Part shown: piece after piece, positions 1 through 9,010 of the stretch | Numbering within the stretch: position 1 is the first letter of the stretch | How the letters are laid out: each line of letters begins with the position of its first letter | Source: an uncultured Eubacteriales bacterium | Lineage (GTDB): Bacteria; Bacillota; Clostridia; Oscillospirales; CAG-272 | DNA: 64,000 nucleotides | Assembly (NCBI GenBank): GCA_934447715.1 | Contig: CAKSER010000006.1 | Span: forward strand, 14,394 to 78,393 | Reading direction: 5' to 3' | Translations under genes and position numbers: made by a program | The notes under the pieces: model-generated | The model's input: only the letters and a program-made list of their open reading frames with translations | Told to the model about the DNA's origin: nothing | The model's database searches: none

Positions 1-1752
1 GGAAACAAGAATATCGACATCGCCTGCCGCAAAGGCACTCATCACCCGGTTTTTCTCCTGCGGCTTCATCCTGCCGTGCATAAGCTCGACGCGAAGCTCC
101 GGGAAAACGGTCTCTGCAAGGTATTTTGAATATTCAACCGCGGTTTTCATTTTTTTCTGATCCTTACCCTGCCTGTTTTCCGGTCTTCCGAGCGGATCGA
201 TAAGCTCCGCTCCGTCCGAAATCTCCTCGTCCTCCTGCTCCTCTACCGCAGGGCATACAATATACACCTGTCCGCCCTCCGAAACGTTCTTTCTAATAAA
301 GGCATTGAGGCGCTCCCTGTAGCTTTCCCCAACGACAAATGTCTCGACCCTCTGTCTTCCGGGCGGCATTTCGTCTATTACCGAAATATCAAGATCCCCG
401 TAAAGGATCAAGGCAAGCGTTCTCGGAATCGGGGTTGCGCTCATTACAAGAACATGCGGAGAAAGCTCATTTAAGCCAAGTGAATCACCGAGCCTTGCCC
501 TCTGCATAACGCCGAATCTGTGCTGCTCGTCGGTCACGACAAGTCCGGCATTTTTAAACTCCACTCCGGAGCTGATCAGAGCGTGCGTACCGAACACAAC
601 ATCGATTTTCCCCTCCGAAAGCTCCTTCTTAAGCACCCTTTTCTCGGATTCCTTTGCAGAACCTGTAAGAAGGGCGCACCTAAATCCGAGCTTTCCGAGC
701 ATCGGCGAAAGATCGTCAAAATGCTGCCTTGCAAGAATTTCGGTAGGTGCCATCATCGCCGCCTGATACCCGTTTTTAAGCGAAATATATATAGCCGCAG
801 CCGCGACGACCGTCTTTCCGCTTCCGACATCTCCGCAGACAAGCCTTGCCATCGGAGCTATCGTTTTGATCGATACACCTGACGCAAAGGACAAATCCGA
901 CGGCTTTTTTAAGCACATATCGGAATATATTTCGTTGATCGCCTTCTTCTGCGCGCCGGTAAGCTCATACGGCAGAAGCGATATAAACGGCGTCATGTCG
1001 GTCTTTTTAAGCAGCGGCGCTCTGCCTCTTTCTCTTTCCCCCTTGGAAACCGAAAGCCCGAGTGCAAAAAGATACAGCTCCTCGTAGGAAAAATAGCTTC
1101 TTCCGCACGAAATATCCTCGTAGCTTTGCGGATGATGAAGCATTATAAGGCTGCTTACAATATCCGAAAGCTGCCATTCCTCCTTTATCCTTTGCGGAAT
1201 GTACTCGACAGCTCCGTATTTTTTAAGCTCCTCGAGCGCATATTTTACCGTGTCTCTTACAAGCTTCTGCGTAAGTCCGGCTCCTGACGGATAGACCGGA
1301 ACGAAGCTGTCAAGCGGCTTTTCTCCTGTCACACGCTCGAATTTCGGAGAGGTAAGAAGCCTTCTCCCTTTGCCGACCTTGATTTTCCCCCAGAACCTGA
1401 ACTCGTCGCCCACATGAAAGGCATCGCGGAGGTAGATCTGATTGAAAAAGGTCACGGTGCATTTTCCGCTTTCGTCGAATGCGGAGAACTTAAGTAGCCT
1501 GCCGCTTCCGTTTTTCCCTTTGAAAAAGGACACGGTCGGCGCAGTCGATACGGTCAGTATAAGCGAAACGGTTTCCTGATCCGCACACTGCGCAAGCAGA
1601 CGGACATTGCCCCGGTGCTCATACGCGCGCGGAAAATGTCTTATAAGATCCTCCGCACAAAAAATGCCGATATCTTTAAAGGCTCTTGCACGCTTGATTC
1701 CCACTCCGGGGAATTCCTCAATCGGCATAGCCGCAAATTCCTCTTTTGTCAT
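1..1752 (-). CDS. recG: ATP-dependent DNA helicase RecG (C-terminal part runs off window start)
   Basis: Absent from the ORF track because it is open at the edge. My minus-strand translation from ATG 1752 gives MTKEEFAAMPIEEFPGVGIKRARAFKDIGIFCAEDLIRHFPRAYEHR. Further on are VCGDVGSGKTVVAAAAIY (Walker A) and LVVTDEQHRFGV (DEQH box). A GGAGG SD lies about 9 nt upstream. Confidence 0.9.
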   Translation of the reverse strand, partial: MTKEEFAAMPIEEFPGVGIKRARAFKDIGIFCAEDLIRHFPRAYEHRGNVRLLAQCADQETVSLILTVSTAPTVSFFKGKNGSGRLLKFSAFDESGKCTVTFFNQIYLRDAFHVGDEFRFWGKIKVGKGRRLLTSPKFERVTGEKPLDSFVPVYPSGAGLTQKLVRDTVKYALEELKKYGAVEYIPQRIKEEWQLSDIVSSLIMLHHPQSYEDISCGRSYFSYEELYLFALGLSVSKGERERGRAPLLKKTDMTPFISLLPYELTGAQKKAINEIYSDMCLKKPSDLSFASGVSIKTIAPMARLVCGDVGSGKTVVAAAAIYISLKNGYQAAMMAPTEILARQHFDDLSPMLGKLGFRCALLTGSAKESEKRVLKKELSEGKIDVVFGTHALISSGVEFKNAGLVVTDEQHRFGVMQRARLGDSLGLNELSPHVLVMSATPIPRTLALILYGDLDISVIDEMPPGRQRVETFVVGESYRERLNAFIRKNVSEGGQVYIVCPAVEEQEDEEISDGAELIDPLGRPENRQGKDQKKMKTAVEYSKYLAETVFPELRVELMHGRMKPQEKNRVMSAFAAGDVDILVS

Positions 1753-1870
1753 AAAAGCCCCCCTCCTTTCCTCTTACTTCCGGGTTTAAAAATTTATCTG
1801 TATTTTCTTTTATAATACAACATCAAAGACAATAAATCAATCGAAATTTGTCCCTTGGCGCTTTTCAGAC

Positions 1871-1913
1871 AAAAAAACGTCAAAAAACACCGGCACCTCT
1901 TAAAGATGCCGGT
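1871..1913 (-). terminator. Rho-independent terminator after PH-domain gene
   Basis: Stem ACCGGCA (1889-1895) / TGCCGGT (1907-1913). An A-run on the plus strand at 1871-1887 gives a U-tract on the minus strand. Confidence 0.6.
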
Positions 1914-1961
1914 ATGCAGCTTGGTTTTAACTTTTCTTTTAACTCTTCTTTGTCAAGAGCC

Positions 1962-2363
1962 TTATTCGTGATTGCAGAATCCGTCGTCGTTCGGGCATTC
2001 GGAATCGTCCGAATCCATATATTCGCGCAATCCGATCCTGCGTGAATTCCTCTGTGCTTCCACCATGTCGGAAAGCATTTCCTTTATCTTTCTCGAGTTC
2101 TTGATCCGCTTGATATCGAACTCCGGAGAGGTTTTGTCCGCAGAGCAGCAGTGAATCGTTCCGAGTCCGAAGATTCTCTGACCGATCGGACGGTTGAGCG
2201 TCATGTCCATAATCCTGTAAAGACGCACCTCCTCCTCCCTGCGGCTGAGAAATCCGGTTTCGATAATAAGCTTATCCTCTGTCAGTCTGTATCTTGTAAA
2301 CGACCAGGGCAAGCCGAAAAGGGTACGCTTACGGTCCTTCCAAACAAATCCTGCTTTTGCCAT
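1962..2363 (-). CDS. bacterial PH-domain (bPH_2/YdbT-like) protein
   Basis: 133 aa. The pattern YRLTEDKLIIETGFLSRREEEVRLYRIMDMTLNRPIGQRIFGLGTI is typical of bacterial PH domains. Confidence 0.65.
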   Translation of the reverse strand: MAKAGFVWKDRKRTLFGLPWSFTRYRLTEDKLIIETGFLSRREEEVRLYRIMDMTLNRPIGQRIFGLGTIHCCSADKTSPEFDIKRIKNSRKIKEMLSDMVEAQRNSRRIGLREYMDSDDSECPNDDGFCNHE

Positions 2364-2518
2364 GCTGTTGTCCTCTTTTCCGGTTGATTTTTAAAGCTTC
2401 AAAAGGCAGAAAGCCACTTCCGGCACCTTTTCGCTTCTTACACATCTTCAACACATTTTTAAATTTTTCGCATGCGGATTCAAAGTCGGTTTCTTCTGAA
2501 ACTGACAAGGGTAACAGT

Positions 2519-2893
2519 TCAGCTGTTCTGCATCCTCTTAAGCTGCGCCTTGATCGCCTTAAAGCTTTCCATGCTGATGACATGCTCAATCCTGCATGCA
2601 TCTTCGACCGCAATCGCAGCCGGAACGCCGAGCATCATAAGATATTCCGACACGGTCGTGTGACGCTCGTACATCTTTTCGGCGATTTCTCTTCCCTTTT
2701 CGAGCAGTGTAATCTCGCCGTCGGAATTTACTTCAATATAGCCGTTTTCGCGCAGATTCTTCATTGCCACGCTCACACTCGGCTTGGAATAATCAAGCTC
2801 GGTTGCAATATCGATCGACCTTACATTCCCGTTTCTTCTCTGCAAAACAAGGATAGTCTCAAGATAGTTCTCCGCCGATTCCTGTATTTTCAT
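2519..2893 (-). CDS. DtxR/MntR-family metal-dependent transcriptional repressor
   Basis: 124 aa. The N-terminus ESAENYLETILVL...VRSIDIATELDYSKPSVSVAMKNLRENGYI is a wHTH, followed by a dimerisation helix region (ERHTTVSEYL). Confidence 0.85.
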   Translation of the reverse strand: MKIQESAENYLETILVLQRRNGNVRSIDIATELDYSKPSVSVAMKNLRENGYIEVNSDGEITLLEKGREIAEKMYERHTTVSEYLMMLGVPAAIAVEDACRIEHVISMESFKAIKAQLKRMQNS

Positions 2894-3031
2894 TATTTGT
2901 CTCGCCTCTGCTTTCTATATCCGCATACATATAGCCGAAATCAGTATATCAAAAAAAACGCGGATTTGCAAGTATTTAAATTCTTCTTGTTCGGCACTGT
3001 TTAAATTTTTTTGCTTTTCTTCTGTCCGGAT

Positions 3032-3400
3032 TTACATCGGATATCTGTTTTCCCTGCCGCTTTTATCACTTTCCGTTAAAATCCGCACATTTTTTTGAAT
3101 ATTCAACCTCCGCATCGGTTGTTTCGACCCTGCCTCCGCTGTATCTTGCAGCGGTATAGATGCGGAACATATCGTTTCCGTCAGACTCCGACAGCTTCCA
3201 CAAAGCTCCGTTTTGCCGGTTCCGGGCACGTCCCCGATAAGCATATGTCCCCCTGCAAAAAGGGTGACCAGCATTAAGTCGACGACCTCCTCCTTTCCGA
3301 CAATTACTCGTCCGATATTCTCCTTGACTCTTTTATAAACCGATGAAATCAGATCTGACATTTTTTTCCTCTGTTTTCCTGTTTTTTCGTAGCCTTGCAT
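3032..3400 (-). pseudogene. MoxR-like AAA+ ATPase remnant (N-terminal ~55 aa only, frameshifted/truncated)
   Basis: The ORF gives VIVGKEEVVDLMLVTLFAGGHMLIGDVPGTGKT (MoxR N-terminus plus Walker A) and then loses similarity. A shifted frame reads ALWKLSESDGNDMFRIYT, faintly like MoxR ALAKALAESLG..F.RIQFT, and stops about 45 codons later. Only about 140 bp remain before the next gene, whereas full MoxR proteins are around 300 aa or longer. Confidence 0.5.
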
Positions 3401-3583
3401 GTAAAATCGCAGCCTGCTATATCCCTATTATATATAATGTTATCACTTTCTCTCTGCCTTTGAAATATATTACATGTGAACATTTCGTAAAGGATACTTT
3501 TCCATTGTTTACAGAGTGTTAATAATTGGAAGATGGCTCTGTGATAGAATGTATTTTGAATAGTTATATGTATCGGTGATTTT

Positions 3584-4213
3584 ATGAGAAAATATATAGA
3601 GATATGCAGAATAGTGAATACTCACGGGATAAGAGGTGCCGTAAAAGCGGAGCCGTGGTGCGATTCTCCATCGGTTCTTGCAAAAATGAAAACGCTTTAT
3701 CTTGAAAAGGATAATGAATATATTCCGGTAAAGATCGAAAGGGCTTCGGTTCAGAAGAACATGGTTCTTCTCCTTCTCGAAGGAATCGACACGGTCGAAA
3801 AAGCCGCTCTGCAAAGAGGAAGGGTCTATTTTGCGGACCGGAATGACATTCCGCTAAAAAACGGCTCATTTCTTATCGACGACCTTATAGGACTTCCGGT
3901 AATCGATGCCGAAAGCGGAATTTGCTACGGAAGCGTGACCGATGTTACAAACGGAGCAAGCGACATTTACGAGGTAAAAATGCCGAACGGAAAAACCGCT
4001 CTTTTCCCGGCGGTAAAGGAATTTATCGAACGGATCGAACTTGAAAGCGGCATTTTCGTAAGACCCATCCCCGGCATTTTCGATGATCCCGACGGCAGCG
4101 AAGACGCGGCAGACCGCAAAGAAAAGCCGGAAAATGCCGCTGTGCCGAAAAGGGCAGCCGGAGTGAAAAAGGCGAAGGAAGCACAAGAGAAAAACGAGGC
4201 GGAAAAAGCATAA
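3584..4213 (+). CDS. rimM: 16S rRNA processing protein RimM (with K/E-rich C-terminal tail)
   Basis: The N-terminus ICRIVNTHGIRGAVKAEPW is followed by a PRC-barrel-like second half. It lies immediately upstream of trmD with a 1-nt overlap. Confidence 0.85.
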   Translation: MRKYIEICRIVNTHGIRGAVKAEPWCDSPSVLAKMKTLYLEKDNEYIPVKIERASVQKNMVLLLLEGIDTVEKAALQRGRVYFADRNDIPLKNGSFLIDDLIGLPVIDAESGICYGSVTDVTNGASDIYEVKMPNGKTALFPAVKEFIERIELESGIFVRPIPGIFDDPDGSEDAADRKEKPENAAVPKRAAGVKKAKEAQEKNEAEKA

Positions 4214-4902
4214 TGCCGAAGATAAGATTTGACATCATGACCCTGTTTCCCGACATGGTAAACACCGTCCTTTCCGAAAGCATTATCGGACGGGCAAAGG
4301 AAACCGGAATTCTTGAAATTCACACCCACAACATCCGGGATTATTCGGCAGACAAGCACAAAAGAGTCGACGACACTCCCTACGGCGGCGGAATGGGAAT
4401 GCTCATGGCAGCACCCCCGGTATGCGCATGCCATAAGGCGGTAAAGGACAGCCTGCCGGAAAACATAAAATCCAAGACCGTATATATGTCCCCGAAGGGC
4501 AAAAAGCTTACCCAGAGCCTTGCAAAGGAGCTCTCACAGTATGAAAGCCTCATAATTCTCTGCGGTCATTACGAGGGGATTGACGAAAGAGCCATCGAGG
4601 AGGTCGCAGACGAGGAAATCTCGATAGGAGATTATGTCCTCACCGGCGGAGAGCTGCCGGCGTGCATCCTTGTCGACTGCGTTTCAAGACTGATCGGTGG
4701 AGTCCTTGCCGACAGCGAATGTTATGAAGACGAAAGCATCGCATGCGGAATGCTTGAATATCCGCAATACACACGCCCGATAGAATTTCACGGCAAACGG
4801 GTGCCGGATGTGCTTACAAGCGGAGACCACAAGGCAATCCGCATATGGAGATTTAAAAAGGCTCTTGAAAAAACAAAAAAAAGCAGACCGGATCTGCTTT
4901 AA
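4213..4902 (+). CDS. trmD: tRNA (guanine37-N1)-methyltransferase TrmD
   Basis: Motifs IRFDIMTLFPDM, DDTPYGGGMGM, ISIGDYVLTGGELPACILVDCVSRL and YPQYTRP. Confidence 0.95.
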   Translation: MPKIRFDIMTLFPDMVNTVLSESIIGRAKETGILEIHTHNIRDYSADKHKRVDDTPYGGGMGMLMAAPPVCACHKAVKDSLPENIKSKTVYMSPKGKKLTQSLAKELSQYESLIILCGHYEGIDERAIEEVADEEISIGDYVLTGGELPACILVDCVSRLIGGVLADSECYEDESIACGMLEYPQYTRPIEFHGKRVPDVLTSGDHKAIRIWRFKKALEKTKKSRPDLL

Positions 4903-4972
4903 ACAATCAAAAGAAATAAAAGTAGCGCAGCCGGACAGGCTGAAGTAAGCCGCAGGAAAGGAGGCATGACCG

Positions 4973-6970
4973 GTGGAAAACGGGCAAAGCAGCAAGAAAA
5001 ACGATAAGAAAAGCGAAAAGAACAGCAAAAAATCAGTTCAGGGAGTTAAAAATCCGTTCAAGGACGGAGTAAAGGAGACTGTAAAGGAAACCCTGTCGAA
5101 GGAAAGCAGGTATTTTGAGTCCGCCTCCGGAATAGCCGACAGGCTTTATCGGTCGATGCAGAGAAGCTTTACCGGACAGCTTCTCACCTCCGCAAAAAGC
5201 GAAGCAGCATCGGGAAGCGGAATGATTTTGGGGCTTATAAAAAGCCTGAACATTCACAGAAGGGCTGTTGTTCCGGCAAGAAAATTCTTTAACAGGCAAT
5301 TTTCCGAAAGCGCCGTTTTAAACCTTTTCAGCAGGCTTTTAAGCTATCTTCTTTCCCTGCCTGCAAAGCTTTACGGAATTCTCTCCATTTCTTTCGGAAT
5401 GTATACCGCGGTGATCTGGCTGATCATGAGATATGCCTTTGGGACAAGCGGCATCGGATATACAAATCTCGTCTGCGGAATAGTGCTTACCCTGCTTTCG
5501 CTCTTTCCTCTTTTTACAAAGGGCTCGATTGCAGATGCGATAACCTCAAGCAGGATTTTGAGCTTTATTCTCTTTGATCTGTTAGGCGCCAAAAAAGACA
5601 CCTTTGAGGATATCGAAGCAAAGCCCGGAAAAAGCTATCTTGCATTTCTTTTCGGAATGCTACTGAGCCTTGCGACTATTAAAATAAGCTGTATATATCT
5701 TGCATTGGCAGCGCCTGCCATCACACTTGCAATACTGATAATCAGGCGCCCGACAGCCGGAATCGTTTCTATCCTGCTCACAACCCCACTTTTGCAGAAC
5801 GGGAAGATCACAACAGCACTGATTTTATACACCTCCGCCTGCCTTGTTTTTAAGCTGATAAGCGGAAAGAGGATTTTAAAGGTCAAGGCAACAGATCTTT
5901 TTGTATTTATTCTTGCGCTGATGGTTCTCGGTGCCGGACAGCTTTCGGTTTCGGATCAAAGCGCCTCGTTTTCTCTTTCGTTTATCTGCTTTATCCTCGG
6001 ATATTTTCTTACCACCACACTTGTTACGACAAGAGATTCATATGAAAGATGCAGAAGAGCGATTCTGCTTTCGTCGGCGATATCCTCGTCATATGGAACG
6101 ATCGGACTGCTTTTAGCCGAACACGGACTGAATACCGGCTCGCTTGCCTTCTTTTCTGACAGCAGCTACTCTGCCGCGGCAGCCTGCTTTGTCATGATGA
6201 CGCTTCCGATTGTAATCTCGTTCCTTCTGACCGCAAAAAGCAGCGAAACGAGATTCGGAGCTGCGCTTTCCCTCTGTCTCGGAATTGCATATCTTGTAAT
6301 GAAGCTTTCCGGCTCTGCAATTATCGGACTGATTTTAGGACTGCACCTGTTCCTTCTTTTAAGCGACAGAAAAGCGTTTGCCGTATCTGTCGGACTGTTT
6401 TGCATAATCGGTCTTGTGCTGCACTCCTTTTCCGATATGCTCCCCGACGGTGCTGCCGAGCTTATAGGCAGATTCTCTCTTAAAAACTCGCTTTCCTCCG
6501 GCAGTATAAGCGGACTTACCGAGCTTGTTAAAAGCTGTCTTGCCTCCGGTGTCGGCTTCGGCCCGGATGCATTCACCACCGCATACAGAGAGCTTACGAC
6601 GGGAGCTGTGAGCGACATCGGCAGCGCTTCCAACATGTTCGTGCAGATGACGGTCGAGATGGGAATCAGCAGTGTGATCGTTTTCGCGGCTATACTGATT
6701 TTATCGCTGCGCGAAACGCTGTATTTTATGAAAAACAGATCCCCCGGCAAAACAGGCAAGAATGCCGTGATCTTCTCTGCCGCCTGCCTCGGAGGCGTTT
6801 TTGCGGCAGTAATCTTCGGCTCTACAGAGCTTGTCTGGCAGAGCAGTGTTATAATGCCGGTGTTCTGGATTCTTCTCGGGCTGTCCTGCTCGATTGTAAG
6901 AACCGCCGGACATGAGGAGCCCAAGCTCATAATCGACGGTCCGTTTGCAGAGCTTTATTATCCGAGATAA
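4973..6970 (+). CDS. large polytopic membrane protein, function unknown (possibly Wzy/O-antigen-ligase-like)
   Basis: 665 aa with a GTG start 8 nt after AGGAGG. It has a K/S-rich cytoplasmic N-terminus and then more than 10 hydrophobic segments. I could not confirm any diagnostic motif. Confidence 0.55.
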   Translation: MENGQSSKKNDKKSEKNSKKSVQGVKNPFKDGVKETVKETLSKESRYFESASGIADRLYRSMQRSFTGQLLTSAKSEAASGSGMILGLIKSLNIHRRAVVPARKFFNRQFSESAVLNLFSRLLSYLLSLPAKLYGILSISFGMYTAVIWLIMRYAFGTSGIGYTNLVCGIVLTLLSLFPLFTKGSIADAITSSRILSFILFDLLGAKKDTFEDIEAKPGKSYLAFLFGMLLSLATIKISCIYLALAAPAITLAILIIRRPTAGIVSILLTTPLLQNGKITTALILYTSACLVFKLISGKRILKVKATDLFVFILALMVLGAGQLSVSDQSASFSLSFICFILGYFLTTTLVTTRDSYERCRRAILLSSAISSSYGTIGLLLAEHGLNTGSLAFFSDSSYSAAAACFVMMTLPIVISFLLTAKSSETRFGAALSLCLGIAYLVMKLSGSAIIGLILGLHLFLLLSDRKAFAVSVGLFCIIGLVLHSFSDMLPDGAAELIGRFSLKNSLSSGSISGLTELVKSCLASGVGFGPDAFTTAYRELTTGAVSDIGSASNMFVQMTVEMGISSVIVFAAILILSLRETLYFMKNRSPGKTGKNAVIFSAACLGGVFAAVIFGSTELVWQSSVIMPVFWILLGLSCSIVRTAGHEEPKLIIDGPFAELYYPR

Positions 6971-7087
6971 TCAAAGAAAAAAGGCATATCGGTCTAAGCA
7001 CAGCCGGACTTATCCGGCGACCGAATATTAAGCCGAAATATTCAAACAAGCGAATTCGAAAAGAAAATCCACACGGAGATGCTTCAG

Positions 7088-7594
7088 ATGAAAAACGAAA
7101 ACAGGCAAAAATCAAAAAAGGTCAGACTTAATTTTATCGACTTTATTCTCATTGCGGTAATGCTTCTGGCGCTCGGAATGCTGATCTTTATTTTCTCGAC
7201 CGGAGACATGTCGATCTCCGCAAAGAACAAGGCGACCGTGGAATACACCGTCGAGATCGACCGAGTTCCGGAGGAATTCAAGAACCTTGTCAAGGTCGGA
7301 AACACGGTTTACGACACCGAAACGCTCTGCAATCTCGGCGAGGTGATCGATATAAGCTATTCCTCCTCCTATTACAAGGGCGCAGACAACGCCACGGGAG
7401 ATATTGTATATTCGGAATATCCCGACGAGGTCAGGATGACGATAACGATCAAAGTCTCAGCCTCAAAGACCGACACCGGCTATTCGGTCTCGGATTACAG
7501 CCTCTCGGTGGGCAAAAGCATGAGCATCCGCGTACCGGACTTTACCGGAACCGGCATCTGCTCATCGATTGACGCTTCCGAAAACGCTAACTGA
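7088..7594 (+). CDS. DUF4330-like membrane-anchored protein (paralog 1)
   Basis: N-terminal KVRLNFIDFILIAVMLLALGMLIF is a TM anchor followed by a beta-rich domain. I chose the ATG at 7088 because GGAG lies 9 nt upstream of it. Confidence 0.5.
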   Translation: MKNENRQKSKKVRLNFIDFILIAVMLLALGMLIFIFSTGDMSISAKNKATVEYTVEIDRVPEEFKNLVKVGNTVYDTETLCNLGEVIDISYSSSYYKGADNATGDIVYSEYPDEVRMTITIKVSASKTDTGYSVSDYSLSVGKSMSIRVPDFTGTGICSSIDASENAN

Positions 7595-7619
7595 AGCTAA
7601 CTGAAAAGGACAGGTTTTT

Positions 7620-8144
7620 ATGGATATGGATCAGAAAAGCACCATGAAGGCAAAGAAAAAGAAATTCCGCCTTTCCGGAATCGACATCATGATAATTCTT
7701 CTAATCATCCTCTGCGCTATAGGGCTGATTATCAGAAACGGCTTAATTGACAGCATTCTCAAAAGAACCGATCTGTCGTCTGCCGAGATCGGCTTTTCGG
7801 TAAGCTCGGTCACACAGGAGGTGGCGGATTCTGTTAAAACCGGAGAAACGGTCACTATGCTTGCCGACAGCAAAAGGAGCAAAGACAGCAAGCTCGGGCA
7901 GATCAAGAGCGTAAGCAAGACGAGCGCTCTTACCCTTGTCGAAAAGGGAGACGGAACACTTGAAAGAGTCACAGACGAGCGCCTGCGCGACATGACCGGA
8001 ACCATTACCGTGAGCGGAAAAATGACAGACAACGGCTATATGCTAAACGGCGACACCTACATTGCAGCAGGAAGCAGGTTCAGCGTGACCTCCGGAAATG
8101 CGGTTTTTGAAATACTGATAACCTCGGTACGCACCTCCGGCTGA
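7620..8144 (+). CDS. DUF4330-like membrane-anchored protein (paralog 2)
   Basis: It has the same architecture as the upstream gene (KFRLSGIDIMIILLIILCAIGLII plus a beta-rich domain). Confidence 0.5.
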   Translation: MDMDQKSTMKAKKKKFRLSGIDIMIILLIILCAIGLIIRNGLIDSILKRTDLSSAEIGFSVSSVTQEVADSVKTGETVTMLADSKRSKDSKLGQIKSVSKTSALTLVEKGDGTLERVTDERLRDMTGTITVSGKMTDNGYMLNGDTYIAAGSRFSVTSGNAVFEILITSVRTSG

Positions 8145-8274
8145 CGTGGGATTTTTAAGATCGAAAGATCGGGCAAAAGAGACAAAAGGCGAAAAAACGC
8201 CGGCAAAACCCGAAAAAAGTCCCGATACTCCATTCTCAATTTAAAAACAACCTCAAAAATATTTATCCAAACAC

Positions 8275-8303
8275 TTGATTTTACCCCCTTCCTTTGCTAT
8301 AAT
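8275..8303 (+). promoter_or_regulatory. sigmaA-type promoter of ptsH
   Basis: TTGATT (8275-8280), 17-nt spacer, TATAAT (8298-8303). Confidence 0.55.
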
Positions 8304-8377
8304 GATTACATCTAAAACAAAATCAAGCACCAAAAAACGTCATTTTATAAATATTTTAAATACCAAGGAGATTCACC

Positions 8378-8647
8378 ATGACTTCACGCGAAATTACTAT
8401 ACAGAACAGCGTCGGACTTCACGCAAGACCTGCCACATTCTTTATACAGAAGGCAAATTCCTACAAGAGCTCGATCTGGGTTGAAAAGGACGACAGAAGA
8501 ATCAACGCAAAGAGCCTTCTCGGAGTTTTGTCTTTAGGAATTGTCAAGGGAATGACTATCACCCTCACAGCAGACGGCACCGACGAGGCAGAGGCTCTTG
8601 ACGGTCTTACCGAGCTCATCGATTCCGGCTTTACCGACGTCGACTAA
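8378..8647 (+). CDS. ptsH: phosphocarrier protein HPr
   Basis: 89 aa. His15 context is GLHARPA and Ser46 context is INAKSLLGVLSLG. Confidence 0.9.
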   Translation: MTSREITIQNSVGLHARPATFFIQKANSYKSSIWVEKDDRRINAKSLLGVLSLGIVKGMTITLTADGTDEAEALDGLTELIDSGFTDVD

Positions 8648-8650
8648 TCC

Positions 8651-8870
8651 CGGGTACAACCGGGGGGCAACTACCGAGGGCAACTACCGAGGGCAACTAT
8701 CGAGGGCTACCAAGGGGGCTCAAAGGGACACCGTGGTATGCAGCCAAGGGCGCAACAGTAGGAGCTCCAAGGTGGGCAACCGAGGGGGCACTAAAGGGCA
8801 GCAGCCAAGCAGCGCAGCTATATCGTGGGCAGCCAAGGAGGCACCAAGTGAGCAGCCCTTTACAGCAATT
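8651..8870 (+). repeat. T-depleted degenerate tandem repeat (13-mer GGGCAACTACCGA x3, then decayed units)
   Basis: 13-mers at 8665-8677, 8678-8690 and 8691-8703 (the third has one C>T change). They are followed by GGG-N-AAGG-type units. About 10% T by hand count over 8651-8850. The repeat begins 3 nt after the ptsH stop. Confidence 0.8.
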
Positions 8871-8932
8871 TATACAAGCAAACCGCCGCACAGGCTTAAT
8901 CAACTGCGCGGCAGCAACCTTCAGAGCGAAGA

Positions 8933-8972
8933 GGCAGACAGTTTCCTTTTGGGGTATTGTCTGCCTGTTTTG
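8933..8972 (+). terminator. hairpin plus T-run ending the ptsH 3' region
   Basis: Stem GGCAGACA (8933-8940) / TGTCTGCC (8958-8965), followed by TGTTTTG. Confidence 0.5.
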
Positions 8973-9010
8973 ACTTAACTGATTTAATACCGGCTTCAGG
9001 TGGTGAAAAA

